Shown piece by piece: positions 27,014-36,632 of a DNA stretch of 64,000 nt (position 1 is the stretch's first letter; every line of letters starts with the position of its first letter). Source of the DNA: an uncultured Bacilli bacterium (GTDB lineage Bacteria > Bacillota_I > Bacilli_A > RF39 > UBA660); contig CANRHC010000001.1 of the NCBI GenBank assembly GCA_947630305.1, forward strand, positions 520 to 64,519, written 5' to 3'. The notes under the pieces are model-generated. The model was given only the letters and a program-made list of their open reading frames with translations. It searched no databases and was not told the DNA's origin. The translations under genes and the position numbers were made by a program.

Positions 27014-27907
27014 TTAAAATGGATTTACGTATCCTAGAATACCATAATCTCTATAAACTCTATAAACTCCGATACCTGAGCCTTGGTCAGTATTGCCTTC
27101 AATGCTTGTTACACAATCGCTAGCGTGTACTTCTTCTACTATACCTATATGGTCAGGCGTACCATTACCGTTAAAATCAAATAATACAAAATAGCCAGGT
27201 TGAGGATTGCCAGTCCATCTTCCGTTTTCTTCAGCCCAAGATTTCATTGTTGGCACATAACCGGTTACTGGAACGTTGAGTCCAGCATCTAATGCCCAAC
27301 ATACAACTGCGTAACAGCACCAATCACCAGCCATTTCACCGGCAATTCTGCGTCCAAAAACGGAATCTTCACTAGTACCAGTAATGTATCCTAAATCCTG
27401 TCTTGCTCTATCAAGGATATTAGGAGCGTTAGAAACAGGAGGATTTTGTGGGGTTAAATCTTTATAAGTGAAGTCAGAATCAACTTGAGGTGTAATGTTA
27501 TCAGACTTAGCATGAAATTGAATCTGTATAGCCTCTGCCTGAACATTACCACCGACAGTACCATTTAACTCACCATTTTTGCTCCACTCAAGCCATCCAA
27601 AATTAGCTAAATGTAATCTGTACCAAATATCAAACTTATCAGCATTTTCACCAATAAGTCCTATCTTGACTGCCTCTATGTGTTTGCCAAGACCAGTAGA
27701 GCCGACAGGTTCACCTAAAATATTTCCACTAGACCAACCGAGGTCTTGAACATGAGCAAAAGCCTGAACACCAACTCCTGCCTCTCCTAAATCGTCAATC
27801 TGAAAGGCTTCTAATGGAATACTCGCTCCTACTGTACCGGCAATCATATTATCGAAAACAGGTGGCATCCAACCGTAGTTACTGATATGTGCTTTGTAAC
27901 TAATCAT
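27014..27907 (-). CDS. Endolysin: N-terminal ChW (clostridial hydrophobic W) repeats plus C-terminal CHAP amidase/peptidase domain
   Basis: Repeated ...NYGW / DLGWSSG / NFGWLEW modules. C-terminal GDWCCYAVVCWALDAG...PDHIGIV gives a Cys...His pair. Confidence 0.65.
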   Translation of the reverse strand: MISYKAHISNYGWMPPVFDNMIAGTVGASIPLEAFQIDDLGEAGVGVQAFAHVQDLGWSSGNILGEPVGSTGLGKHIEAVKIGLIGENADKFDIWYRLHLANFGWLEWSKNGELNGTVGGNVQAEAIQIQFHAKSDNITPQVDSDFTYKDLTPQNPPVSNAPNILDRARQDLGYITGTSEDSVFGRRIAGEMAGDWCCYAVVCWALDAGLNVPVTGYVPTMKSWAEENGRWTGNPQPGYFVLFDFNGNGTPDHIGIVEEVHASDCVTSIEGNTDQGSGIGVYRVYRDYGILGYVNPF

Positions 27908-27959
27908 AATAAACCTCCTTGTAATCGTTTACATCAAAGGGTAAAAAAAGAGAACCTAA

Positions 27960-28211
27960 TTAAGCTTTAGGTTCTGTGTAATTAAGTGCCTGTTGACTAT
28001 CAGAAATGCCCTGTGTAGTAGGGTCTACAACAATTCCAAAAGTACATAACAGATTGACAGCCATCATGACATATTGAACAAGTTGGTCTTGACTAATCGG
28101 TGGTACAATATCAAAACATCCAAGTACTAAATAAACAAAAGTAATTGTACCGACTAGTAAAGTAACTAATGTAGTTTTGTTTTTAAGTCTAAGCTTCCAA
28201 TTTATTTTCAT
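27960..28211 (-). CDS. Holin (SPP1 / XhlB family), 83 aa
   Basis: Two TM segments plus GIVVDPTTQGISDS, the hallmark of the SPP1/XhlB holin family. Confidence 0.7.
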   Translation of the reverse strand: MKINWKLRLKNKTTLVTLLVGTITFVYLVLGCFDIVPPISQDQLVQYVMMAVNLLCTFGIVVDPTTQGISDSQQALNYTEPKA

Positions 28212-28614
28212 CTTCTACTCCAAAATTTTTGAAATCCTTCAGCGGTAAATTACAACATTCCTTGTATAATCTTTCCGCTGTACCATTACCATTTAACTTT
28301 TTGTACTCTCGATACAGAATTTCAAGATTCTCTAACTCAACCTCTGTAATAAAACCCTGTTTAATAGCAATTCGTGCAGTCTGAAATATTTCATGATGCA
28401 GGAGAGCGTGAGAAACCTTTTTTCGAGCCTCTATATCATCTTGTACACTCTGTAATTTACTTTCGATAGTAGTAAGCCTTGACTTTTCCCTGTCAAAAAC
28501 TTTTTGTATCGGTTTCCAAAAGACAGCTAAAATCAATGCCCATATTGGGGTCAAGTACACTATCCATTGGTAAATGTTTATTAGCCATGGTGGTACTTCA
28601 AACATAAATCTCAC
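28189..28614 (-). CDS. Lysis-associated membrane protein (N-terminal TM, 141 aa)
   Basis: N-terminal hydrophobic helix followed by a coiled-coil. Sits where PBSX carries xhlA. Confidence 0.4.
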   Translation of the reverse strand: MRFMFEVPPWLINIYQWIVYLTPIWALILAVFWKPIQKVFDREKSRLTTIESKLQSVQDDIEARKKVSHALLHHEIFQTARIAIKQGFITEVELENLEILYREYKKLNGNGTAERLYKECCNLPLKDFKNFGVEDENKLEA

Positions 28615-28833
28615 CTCTTTAAAATTAAACCGATACCCGTATAAATCAGAGAAATTAAAATACCTAAAGAAACATAAGTAATTAATGCTGTAAAATATGA
28701 GGTCATAATAATCTCCTGAATGTCAGATAACCTTTGAAACGGAGGAATAAAAAAAGAGCCATATTCACTTAAGAATACAACTCTTTTCCTTACAGAATCG
28801 TTTTAAAAAAGGAGTTAAAAACGATTGTAAATT

Positions 28834-28863
28834 TTGCATTGACTCAGTTAGACTGAGTATAAT
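28834..28863 (+). promoter_or_regulatory. Rightward promoter with embedded inverted repeat, pointing into a gene-free region
   Basis: TTGCAT-18-TATAAT. The spacer contains ACTCAG-TTAGA-CTGAGT. Confidence 0.45.
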
Positions 28864-28946
28864 AAAACAAAGATGCTCAAATAAAAATTTGAGCGAGTTT
28901 AAAATGATTTAATTATAATATCATAATATTAATAGCAAGTCAAATT

Positions 28947-28971
28947 GAAAAACCTGCTTCTCAGCAGGCTA
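28947..28971 (-). terminator. Rho-independent terminator (minus strand) after the tail-fibre genes
   Basis: Minus strand reads CCTGCTGAGAAGCAGG followed by TTTTTC. Confidence 0.55.
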
Positions 28972-29062
28972 CAATAAATTAAGGTTTTACGAAAATGAAA
29001 TTAACATTCACGTATTAATTAAAGTATAACAAAATTGACAATGCAAGTCAAATTATTATCAG

Positions 29063-29112
29063 AAAAAAAAGAAGACCTACTTGGTAGGTCGTAGAGTAAA
29101 ATTTTTTAAAAA
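29063..29112. terminator. Bidirectional terminator hairpin
   Basis: GACCTAC-TTG-GTAGGTC flanked by A8 upstream (a T-run on the minus strand) and TAAAATTTTTT downstream. Confidence 0.55.
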
Positions 29113-29450
29113 AAGAAAAATTCCTTTGAACATAATTAAGTCTCGAATTTAATGGTGATAGTTAGGGTCATTCTAGACTTTTTTGAAAGGGTTTCTTTAT
29201 GCTTGTATTATACTGCTCTAGTGAAGTATTGTCAAGAGCAAATTTTAAATTTTACACCATTTTTTCTAATATTTCAACAGAGGGATACCGAAAAACACCC
29301 ACAGCCAAGTTTTACACCTTTATTTTTATCCATAATACCCTCTCGTCTTTTTGGATATTATACAATAAAAAAAGACCCACCAAAGTGAGTCCGGTTTAAT
29401 TGATATAGTTATTAAATATGTTTAGATTATACGCTAATTGAGGTGAGTGG

Positions 29451-30344
29451 TCAAATAGAGTTACTGTATTCCTGCTCTTTACTGGCGATGTAATCTTCAA
29501 TTTCGCTTTGTGTTTTGTTCTGCTGTATCATTTCGTCTATGTGGTTGAATATTTCGTCTATTTGAGATTCTGTCATGTCGGTGGTGTTGACGGCGTAGAT
29601 ACTAGATTTTGTTTCAACTTCTTGATTAACTGGCGGTTCATCACCGATTGAGGGTTGGTCGAGGTTGTTTGGGTCATGTATATATCCGTTTCTCGAAGTA
29701 TTTATGCTAAAAGAAATAGAATATTCTTTATTATCTGTTACTGATATATATTTATTAAGTTCATGAGCCTTACTCCAAAATTGAGCATGAATATAAAGTC
29801 TATATCGACCGAACGTTGATAAGGAATAAGTTTGATTATATTCATAAGGATATTGTGTATTAATAGTGGTTTTAATTTTTTCAGAACCATCGGGATTAAA
29901 TAATTGATAATAATTATCAATCATTGCACCACCATCAGTAGAATAAGAAACTTTAAGCGTTGCACTACAAGTACACGTCAAGCTCCCCTCAAACGTATCA
30001 AGAACAGTAACACTCGTTATACTACTAGCAGTATTACTACTCTTAATATTCCACACCCCTGCCTCGGGTACTTCAAGCTTACATTGCTGATTTTCAATGT
30101 TACCAGTAACGCTTAATTCACCTTTAGTGGCTGTTATCTTACCACCGACATAACCGGAGTTAGAATCAGTTTTAACTAGAATGTAATATCCACCACCAGA
30201 CTTAATCGAATCAATATACGTACTCACTTCGCTAAATTTGGCAACAGAACCCCCCCCGATCTCGCAACCTTTGGAAATTAGAGAGGTTGTAATATCCTGC
30301 TGACTTTGTTTGAGTTTTTGCGTTACTTCGTCAAATCTGCCCAT
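29451..30344 (-). CDS. Tail fibre / receptor-binding protein, paralogue B (297 aa)
   Basis: Paralogous to 30331-31230 at both termini. Divergent centre. C-terminal ...TESQIDEIF...EIEDYIASKEQEY. Confidence 0.5.
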   Translation of the reverse strand: MGRFDEVTQKLKQSQQDITTSLISKGCEIGGGSVAKFSEVSTYIDSIKSGGGYYILVKTDSNSGYVGGKITATKGELSVTGNIENQQCKLEVPEAGVWNIKSSNTASSITSVTVLDTFEGSLTCTCSATLKVSYSTDGGAMIDNYYQLFNPDGSEKIKTTINTQYPYEYNQTYSLSTFGRYRLYIHAQFWSKAHELNKYISVTDNKEYSISFSINTSRNGYIHDPNNLDQPSIGDEPPVNQEVETKSSIYAVNTTDMTESQIDEIFNHIDEMIQQNKTQSEIEDYIASKEQEYSNSI

Positions 30345-31230
30345 ATTCAGCCTCCTTGCTTGAGATATAAGCGTTGATTTCTTCGTCAGATTTAGCCTCT
30401 TCGACCATATTGTTAATTTCGGTAAAGATTTCTTCCTGCTGTTGTTCAGTCATACTGGTGGCATCAACTGCATAAACTGTTAAATTAGATAAAATTTCTG
30501 AATCTGTTAATGTTTCTTGACCACTAAAACCAGGTTGTTCGGGTAGGCTAGGATCCGAAACAACTTGTTCGTAATTTGTAATATAAAAATCAAGTTGATA
30601 TGTTTTATTATTTTCAATTATATTGATTTTTTTTGTACATATTGTTCTTCCAGCATTGTTATTAACAAATTCTACCGAATATTCTCCTCTTGAAGTGATT
30701 GTATGAGTTCCTGTATAAGTACCCGGACTATAGTTTGGCCAATCGCTTTCACGAAAAGCATGTGTAAAAACAACTTGATCTAAAGGATTTTTAACATTAT
30801 ATGTTAGATAACCATTGTAGTGCTGAGTACTACTTGTACAAACTATATTTAAAGTTGCCTGTTGAAACTCATACAAATCTCGTACAGTATCAAAAGTAAA
30901 CTTAAACTGTTCCTTTGTCAGACTATTACTAACCGTCCACTCACCGTCTTTAGGTATTTCGATAACCGCTGTTAAACTATCAATAACCTTAGTTACCGTT
31001 GTACCGTCCGTATGCCTAGCGGTTAGTGTCTGACCGAGGAATGCTTCATCCTTACAGTTAATAGTAATGGCATTCCCCGAGTGTCCGACCTCGATACCGT
31101 CAATTAGAGCAGGAACGTTTCTTAGTTTCGTCTCCTCTGGAACCTCAACGCCTTTAGCAGTCAACGCCTCTTTACTTTCCGTCAGACAATTTCTTAACGT
31201 TGTTTCATAACTTTCGAATCTATCCGACAC
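30331..31230 (-). CDS. Tail fibre / receptor-binding protein, paralogue A (299 aa)
   Basis: N-terminus MSDRFESYETTLRN... and C-terminus ...TEQQQEEIF...EINAYISSKEAEY parallel its neighbour. Confidence 0.5.
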   Translation of the reverse strand: MSDRFESYETTLRNCLTESKEALTAKGVEVPEETKLRNVPALIDGIEVGHSGNAITINCKDEAFLGQTLTARHTDGTTVTKVIDSLTAVIEIPKDGEWTVSNSLTKEQFKFTFDTVRDLYEFQQATLNIVCTSSTQHYNGYLTYNVKNPLDQVVFTHAFRESDWPNYSPGTYTGTHTITSRGEYSVEFVNNNAGRTICTKKINIIENNKTYQLDFYITNYEQVVSDPSLPEQPGFSGQETLTDSEILSNLTVYAVDATSMTEQQQEEIFTEINNMVEEAKSDEEINAYISSKEAEYGQI

Positions 31231-31520
31231 TAGACCACCTCCTCAAGTACGGTAAGCAGTCCGTCTAAATCGCTCTCGATTGAGCCGACACGGGTCTGTA
31301 AGTCCTCGATATTTGTTTTATTCGTCGTAATCTGCGTAACGTCCGTAGGGCTTATTAAGGTTTTATCACCGTCTTTTAGGACGTAACCGGACAGGTCGAC
31401 GCTGGTTATTGCTTGTTGAACATCTTCACTAGTCGCAAAATTAGCTTTAATAATACTTGCGACCTCTTTCATTCCATTTAAAGTTATTAAAGGACTATCA
31501 AATATATACGGTTTTGACAT
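31230..31520 (-). CDS. Tail-associated hypothetical protein (96 aa)
   Basis: ORF coupled within the tail-fibre cluster. Confidence 0.4.
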   Translation of the reverse strand: MSKPYIFDSPLITLNGMKEVASIIKANFATSEDVQQAITSVDLSGYVLKDGDKTLISPTDVTQITTNKTNIEDLQTRVGSIESDLDGLLTVLEEVV

Positions 31521-31575
31521 TATTTACTCCTTTAAACAAAAAAGGAGATGATTTTACTCATCCCCTTATAAAATT

Positions 31576-32334
31576 TTATTCCTCAAATAAAGCATCAATA
31601 TCTGTATTATCAGCTTCCGTTAAGCTTTCAACCTTAGATTTAACATCAGTATATTCTGATACTTTAACATAAGTAGTATCTGCTACTGAGCTTTGGAGGT
31701 ATCCGCTTAAATCAACTGTTTCAGAGAGTTTATCCCATCCTGATTCGTCATCACCTTGTCCTTCACCAACATAGACATAATTTGCTCCAGTATCAGTAGC
31801 ATTGTAAACGTCACCTTCTGTTGGGGTTTCTACAGCTTTGATAGCTTCAAGATTTTCTTTACTTCCCTTTGGTCTGTAAACTGAACCTACAACCCCTTTA
31901 ACCTTGTCATCAAAGCCTTCATTTTTAACATAGGTTGTTCCGGCATCAGCACTCTTTAAATAAGTAGATTCTGCTGTTTCACTCTTGAGATATGTTGATT
32001 CAGCGTCAGTACTTTTTAGATAAGGTGTTAATTGTTCTGTTAATTCAGAATCCTGTACATATCCTTCTAAATCCGGTGCTAAATCTTTTGCGGTTATATT
32101 AACTACTTTACTTTCAACGTCAGGCACTAAATCAGTACCGTTTATCTGAATACCTTCGACTTTGTTAACTTGAGCCTTTTCTTCAATAGCATCTAATTTT
32201 GTTACCTTTTCGGTTTCAATTAGACCCTTACCGGCTTCCTGTCCTACAAACTGCGTTTTATTATACGCATCTTCTTTTTCTTTGTAGTATTGTAGCTTTG
32301 GAACGGTTACGACTTTATCTGTTATATTAGCCAT
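31576..32334 (-). CDS. Tail fibre-like structural protein with internal STYLKS repeats (252 aa)
   Basis: AESTYLKSETAESTYLKSADAGTTYVK repeats. C-terminal DIDALFEE motif shared with its neighbours. Confidence 0.45.
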   Translation of the reverse strand: MANITDKVVTVPKLQYYKEKEDAYNKTQFVGQEAGKGLIETEKVTKLDAIEEKAQVNKVEGIQINGTDLVPDVESKVVNITAKDLAPDLEGYVQDSELTEQLTPYLKSTDAESTYLKSETAESTYLKSADAGTTYVKNEGFDDKVKGVVGSVYRPKGSKENLEAIKAVETPTEGDVYNATDTGANYVYVGEGQGDDESGWDKLSETVDLSGYLQSSVADTTYVKVSEYTDVKSKVESLTEADNTDIDALFEE

Positions 32335-32394
32335 AATATCTCTCCTTTATTTTATTTTAGGTTTCATAATGCCAAAACCTTTTATATAAACCCC

Positions 32395-33069
32395 TTAAGC
32401 AAAAAGGGAGTCTATATCATCATTACTAGCTTCCACCCAGTCTTCCGGATAAGACGGTTCACCTCCGCCACCTTCCATTTCAAAGACCTCATCTATTTCC
32501 TCATCAGTAGCCTCTGTAAAATCTTCTTGACTGGGGTAATTTTCTATATTAAATTCATTTTCAACTGTTTCAATAAGTTCCGTAAATTCAGTTTTTGTCT
32601 GCTCAACCAGTCTATCTACTCGCTCATACTCAGGAGATAAGACCTTAACATCAATCTTTTCTGCATCCCCGTTTTCGAGTTTAATCCAGTTATCATACTG
32701 AATTTTAAAACCGCCGCCACTTACGCTTTGCTCTTTAACCCTCTGTTGTACAACACCGTAAATGATTAAATTATCATCATTATCTTTATAGCCGACCTCA
32801 TTAATCGTCCCTGTTACCTCGTCCGGTACAACGGTTCGGATATAAAGTGAGTAAGGGTCGTTTTCATCAACCTGATAGGTGTCTGTGTCAGGCGTTAAAG
32901 TCTTTTCGTAAAACTGATTCTTTAGGGCGGTAATTCCATATTCTCTATCTAATTCATGGTCGCCACCGCTACCAAAACAAGCTTTAGTAATTTCTACCTT
33001 TTGCTCATTCGGTATAGCTTTATCAATTAGCTCTCTACCTTTATCCGTTATGTAAAATCCGTAAGGCAT
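32395..33069 (-). CDS. Baseplate/tail protein (224 aa)
   Basis: Position between baseplate J and the fibres. Acidic EEIDEVF and DDIDSLFA motifs. Confidence 0.4.
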   Translation of the reverse strand: MPYGFYITDKGRELIDKAIPNEQKVEITKACFGSGGDHELDREYGITALKNQFYEKTLTPDTDTYQVDENDPYSLYIRTVVPDEVTGTINEVGYKDNDDNLIIYGVVQQRVKEQSVSGGGFKIQYDNWIKLENGDAEKIDVKVLSPEYERVDRLVEQTKTEFTELIETVENEFNIENYPSQEDFTEATDEEIDEVFEMEGGGGEPSYPEDWVEASNDDIDSLFA

Positions 33070-33071
33070 AA

Positions 33072-33683
33072 CTAGTCACCTCTTGTTACAACTATTTCTG
33101 TCTGAATACTACCGTTTTGGAGATAAACCATTGATATTCGCTCCCCTGTTTCAGTTATACGTGTTTCAATGATTTCTTTTTCCTGACCACCGATTCCAAA
33201 TTCAAGGGTATCTGTTTCGTTGACATGATTTAAAATTACGTCAAAATACAAATTCAGAGGTAATACCCTGTCTAACATTCGATATACTGAAATCCCTTTA
33301 TCACCAACAGTAGGGTCAAGCAAAACCTGCACATAAGCACCGGTTCGTTTATATGTAAAATGACCCCACCCACAGATTGCTGCCAGCATTTTTTGCAGTC
33401 GTATTTCTGTATAGGGTAGGGTCTCATTTAGTTTTGCCAGTATATTCCCTTTACGTTCATCAAGTGTAAGGTAAGGATTGCTTGGAATATTGAGCCATTT
33501 TTCATAAATTTCAACGCCATGCTCCTCGGCACTTAGTGGTAATAGGTTATTTTCAAGAGATGTAAGACGTTTATACAAAAGATTAAATTCAGGATTCTGT
33601 GCATCCGTTATTGCCTTGTACTCATACACCTCCTGCAAAAACTCAGGATAGTATTCAATAAGATTTACTATTTTATCCGACAT
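33072..33683 (-). CDS. Baseplate protein (XkdU-like position), 203 aa
   Basis: Follows baseplate J. Overlapping start and stop with neighbours. Confidence 0.4.
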   Translation of the reverse strand: MSDKIVNLIEYYPEFLQEVYEYKAITDAQNPEFNLLYKRLTSLENNLLPLSAEEHGVEIYEKWLNIPSNPYLTLDERKGNILAKLNETLPYTEIRLQKMLAAICGWGHFTYKRTGAYVQVLLDPTVGDKGISVYRMLDRVLPLNLYFDVILNHVNETDTLEFGIGGQEKEIIETRITETGERISMVYLQNGSIQTEIVVTRGD

Positions 33684-34824
33684 TTTTTACCGTCCTGAAT
33701 GAATTATTATCATCTTTCGTTAATTCACCTAAAACCGCTATCTCGTATGAACCCAGTTGCAGGTTGGCACGTTCTCCATTGATTAAGGTATCGTAAATGT
33801 CCTCTACCCCTTTAATATCCAAAATGGCTGATTCAATTCCACTTACCCTTACAGTCAAATATTCCTGTTCATCCCACCGCTTGTTTAAGCTGTCAAGATA
33901 ACCGGTTATTTTTTCTTTAATGGTATTTTCTATTTCACCATATCTTGTAGTAGAGTCTAAATCTAAATGCAGGGTAATATTTACGGGTATCTCATCTACT
34001 GTCATAACCTTGGGTACATGACCGATTGCGACCTCACCCTCACCGCTGTTATTAATAACGGGTTCTGAATAGTCAGGGAGTATAGGGAGTAAGGTTTCCT
34101 GAACAAGATTGATTAATTCCTCACTCGCTTTACGGTATGTTGTATCTATAATATAGACACCGACCCACCAGTCTTTTTCCTCAAAGTGTCGCAGGAATTT
34201 ACAACCACCGACCCCTTGAATTTTACTGACTTCCTGTTTATAAGTAGCAAGATTCCAACCATAGGACTTATCTTGAAAGTTTGCTTTAAAACGCTCTCTT
34301 AAGCTTTCATCACTTTCAATATCTGTGCCTGGGATTTCAAGACCTATAATAGATGCGCTAATTAAGCCTGGGATATTTAAAATCGGTATTATTCTGCCAT
34401 AAGCGGTATTACCAATCTCACCTGCTGTTTCACATTGAACAGAGTATTCATTCTCCGCATCATTTTTCGATATTACCGTAAAGTTTAAATCGCTATCCTG
34501 TGAAAATCTTGAGCCTATCGGACATTCAAAACCCTCTGCCATAACAATTCTCGCTTTATGAATTGCATAAGTAGCCTGCAAAGGTGTAATACTAAATGTC
34601 CTACACCATGCCTCTAAATGACTTCTATCGGCTGTATCTGGTGAATGTTGTTCATCTATAAAATTCAGTTCTTGGTAAAGTTTAGCCAGTTCAATAGCTG
34701 TAGCTGCGAGGGTGGTTTGGATAATCTGTCCGGTTCGTTTATCGTAAACAGTACCATCGATCCGGTCTAACATTCTGTTTTCAATGTTTATCGCTGTTTC
34801 ATCTTCATACATATTAACCCTCAC
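33673..34824 (-). CDS. Baseplate J-like protein (383 aa)
   Basis: N-terminal AINIENRMLDRIDGTVYDKRTGQIIQT... matches the Baseplate_J family pattern. Confidence 0.6.
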   Translation of the reverse strand: MRVNMYEDETAINIENRMLDRIDGTVYDKRTGQIIQTTLAATAIELAKLYQELNFIDEQHSPDTADRSHLEAWCRTFSITPLQATYAIHKARIVMAEGFECPIGSRFSQDSDLNFTVISKNDAENEYSVQCETAGEIGNTAYGRIIPILNIPGLISASIIGLEIPGTDIESDESLRERFKANFQDKSYGWNLATYKQEVSKIQGVGGCKFLRHFEEKDWWVGVYIIDTTYRKASEELINLVQETLLPILPDYSEPVINNSGEGEVAIGHVPKVMTVDEIPVNITLHLDLDSTTRYGEIENTIKEKITGYLDSLNKRWDEQEYLTVRVSGIESAILDIKGVEDIYDTLINGERANLQLGSYEIAVLGELTKDDNNSFRTVKNVG

Positions 34825-35228
34825 ACTTCATACTCTACCTCGGTATTGATTTCTCCATAAATACTTTGTACGGTAAACCTACAAACACATCTTGACCCCT
34901 CAAATTCCATTGTTATATCTCCGACTCTCTGAATCCTCGCATCGGTTAATAAACATTCTTCAATTATGGCAGGGAGTCTAACCTTTACTAAATCTCTCGG
35001 TTTACCATATAATTCGTTTAATTCAATACCATACCATTCGGGGTATATCTCGTATTTACCTCTTTCTGTTCTGAGCATCAAGTAAATTGCCTGTGCGACA
35101 GAATCCGCACCATCAACCCATCCTGCTATTTTGTTTTTGGTCGGGTCTAAACGCCATCCATAAGACGGGCTAAGTTGAGGTGAGGAATATTCCTCAATAT
35201 CAAGTCCATTGTTTGGTAATATACTCAT
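34821..35228 (-). CDS. Baseplate wedge protein (gp25/W-like), 135 aa
   Basis: Size and position upstream of baseplate J, as in PBSX and P2 modules. Confidence 0.4.
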   Translation of the reverse strand: MSILPNNGLDIEEYSSPQLSPSYGWRLDPTKNKIAGWVDGADSVAQAIYLMLRTERGKYEIYPEWYGIELNELYGKPRDLVKVRLPAIIEECLLTDARIQRVGDITMEFEGSRCVCRFTVQSIYGEINTEVEYEV

Positions 35229-35231
35229 ACA

Positions 35232-35561
35232 CTACTCCGATACTTTATCCATAATCAAATATTTTTGACCTTGCTGACATTTTAAAATTATTACTTTATC
35301 TCCGACGTGAAGGGCAGGTTCTATGGTAAGTGTTCCCTCATGGACTCCTGTTTCATCAGAAAATGAAGCCTTAACCGTTTTACCGACCATGCTCTCGGGT
35401 ACAATAAACATTCTTGACGGGATATACTCACTCCTGCCATCTATTTCAACCTGAATAGGAGATAAACTGATAATTGTACCGTTTATAATATCAGAGGGAT
35501 TATAAGCACCGATTATATCTTGTACGATTCCTTTAATATCGTTATAAATCTGTAAACTCAT
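35232..35561 (-). CDS. Baseplate/tail hypothetical protein (XkdR position), 109 aa
   Basis: ORF in a conserved-order array. Confidence 0.35.
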   Translation of the reverse strand: MSLQIYNDIKGIVQDIIGAYNPSDIINGTIISLSPIQVEIDGRSEYIPSRMFIVPESMVGKTVKASFSDETGVHEGTLTIEPALHVGDKVIILKCQQGQKYLIMDKVSE

Positions 35562-35570
35562 ATCTCCTCC

Positions 35571-36632
35571 TTATGGCAGGTAACCCACAGGGTATGAATA
35601 GTAGTTAGGGTCGTTATTATCCCATTCATTGAGATTGACTAATTCTGTACACTCAATATCCATGGTATGAAGTCCGTTTTCTATTGTATGGGTTACTGTA
35701 TCTACACAGTACCAACCTCTGATAAACTCACGTCTTTCTCCTGTGAAGAAGTCAACTAAAATAGGTGTTCCCCCTCGTACCGTTATCTCCCCTTGTACGC
35801 CGGACAGAGATAATGATGTTCCAACGGGTAAACTGTTTTCTAAAAGTTGGTCTGCTTTTGCTTGAGCGTTTTCCCCATCATCCGCATTTTGGATATCTTC
35901 AAGATAACCCCACCTGTCCGCAGCATATTTATTCCATGCTATGGCGGTTTCAATAGAGCCTTGTTGACTATCCCCTGCGACCTGTTTTTCAACCCTTACC
36001 GCAGTCCATTGATTCTCTAGTGTTTCTGTATAAGTGTAGTTTTCAATAAAAGCAGCGGTTATCCATACATTAGACTGGGATGCGAGGTCGCCATCATGAG
36101 ATACAGTAATTGAGCCATAGTCATCCCATATGTAGTATCTGTATCCTGTGTTCTGAAAGGTTAAATCAAGGGCGGTTGTAATAATTGTTAAGTCTGATAC
36201 GTTCTCCTCAACCCTTGCAGGAATTATGTATTTTGTATCAGCAAAGTTTGGTGGGTCAATGATAGAATACGGTCTATCTCTACAAATACGGTCTGTGAGT
36301 TGAGCAGCGGTTAAATCGGCATATGCCATTCTTCGCTTATTTCTGTTCATGTAGTAAAGTTGGTCGTATGCCTCCACCTCACACCATTGACCGGATTTTT
36401 TTGTTGTAACGATATACCCTTTAAACTGATAATGCTGTTCGTCCAAAATAAAAGCGAGCGTGTTACCAACTTCTGCGGTTATGGTATCCCTCAGAATTGA
36501 ACATGATAACTTGCTCGCTGCGTTTTTCTCTCTTGTAATTGTTATTCTATCCTTGACGACCACGTCAAATACTCGTCCGTCCTGAACCAGTAACAGCCTG
36601 TATCTTGTTTGTCCTGTTTCAAATAAAGCCAT
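35571..36632 (-). CDS. Baseplate hub / late-control-D-like protein (XkdQ position), 353 aa
   Basis: Size and position downstream of the tape measure. Confidence 0.4.
   Translation of the reverse strand: MALFETGQTRYRLLLVQDGRVFDVVVKDRITITREKNAASKLSCSILRDTITAEVGNTLAFILDEQHYQFKGYIVTTKKSGQWCEVEAYDQLYYMNRNKRRMAYADLTAAQLTDRICRDRPYSIIDPPNFADTKYIIPARVEENVSDLTIITTALDLTFQNTGYRYYIWDDYGSITVSHDGDLASQSNVWITAAFIENYTYTETLENQWTAVRVEKQVAGDSQQGSIETAIAWNKYAADRWGYLEDIQNADDGENAQAKADQLLENSLPVGTSLSLSGVQGEITVRGGTPILVDFFTGERREFIRGWYCVDTVTHTIENGLHTMDIECTELVNLNEWDNNDPNYYSYPVGYLP

Noticed and set aside
26776-27123. 115-aa plus-strand ORF between int and the endolysin gene
   Set aside because: Starts within the int terminator hairpin and runs antisense into the endolysin gene. 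Cys/Phe/Ile-rich low-complexity translation. No RBS.
29152-29399. Two overlapping plus-strand ORFs (78 and 66 aa) in the lysis/fibre gap
   Set aside because: No RBS. Low-complexity translations. They begin downstream of the bidirectional terminator. The region is better explained as non-coding with a possible sRNA.
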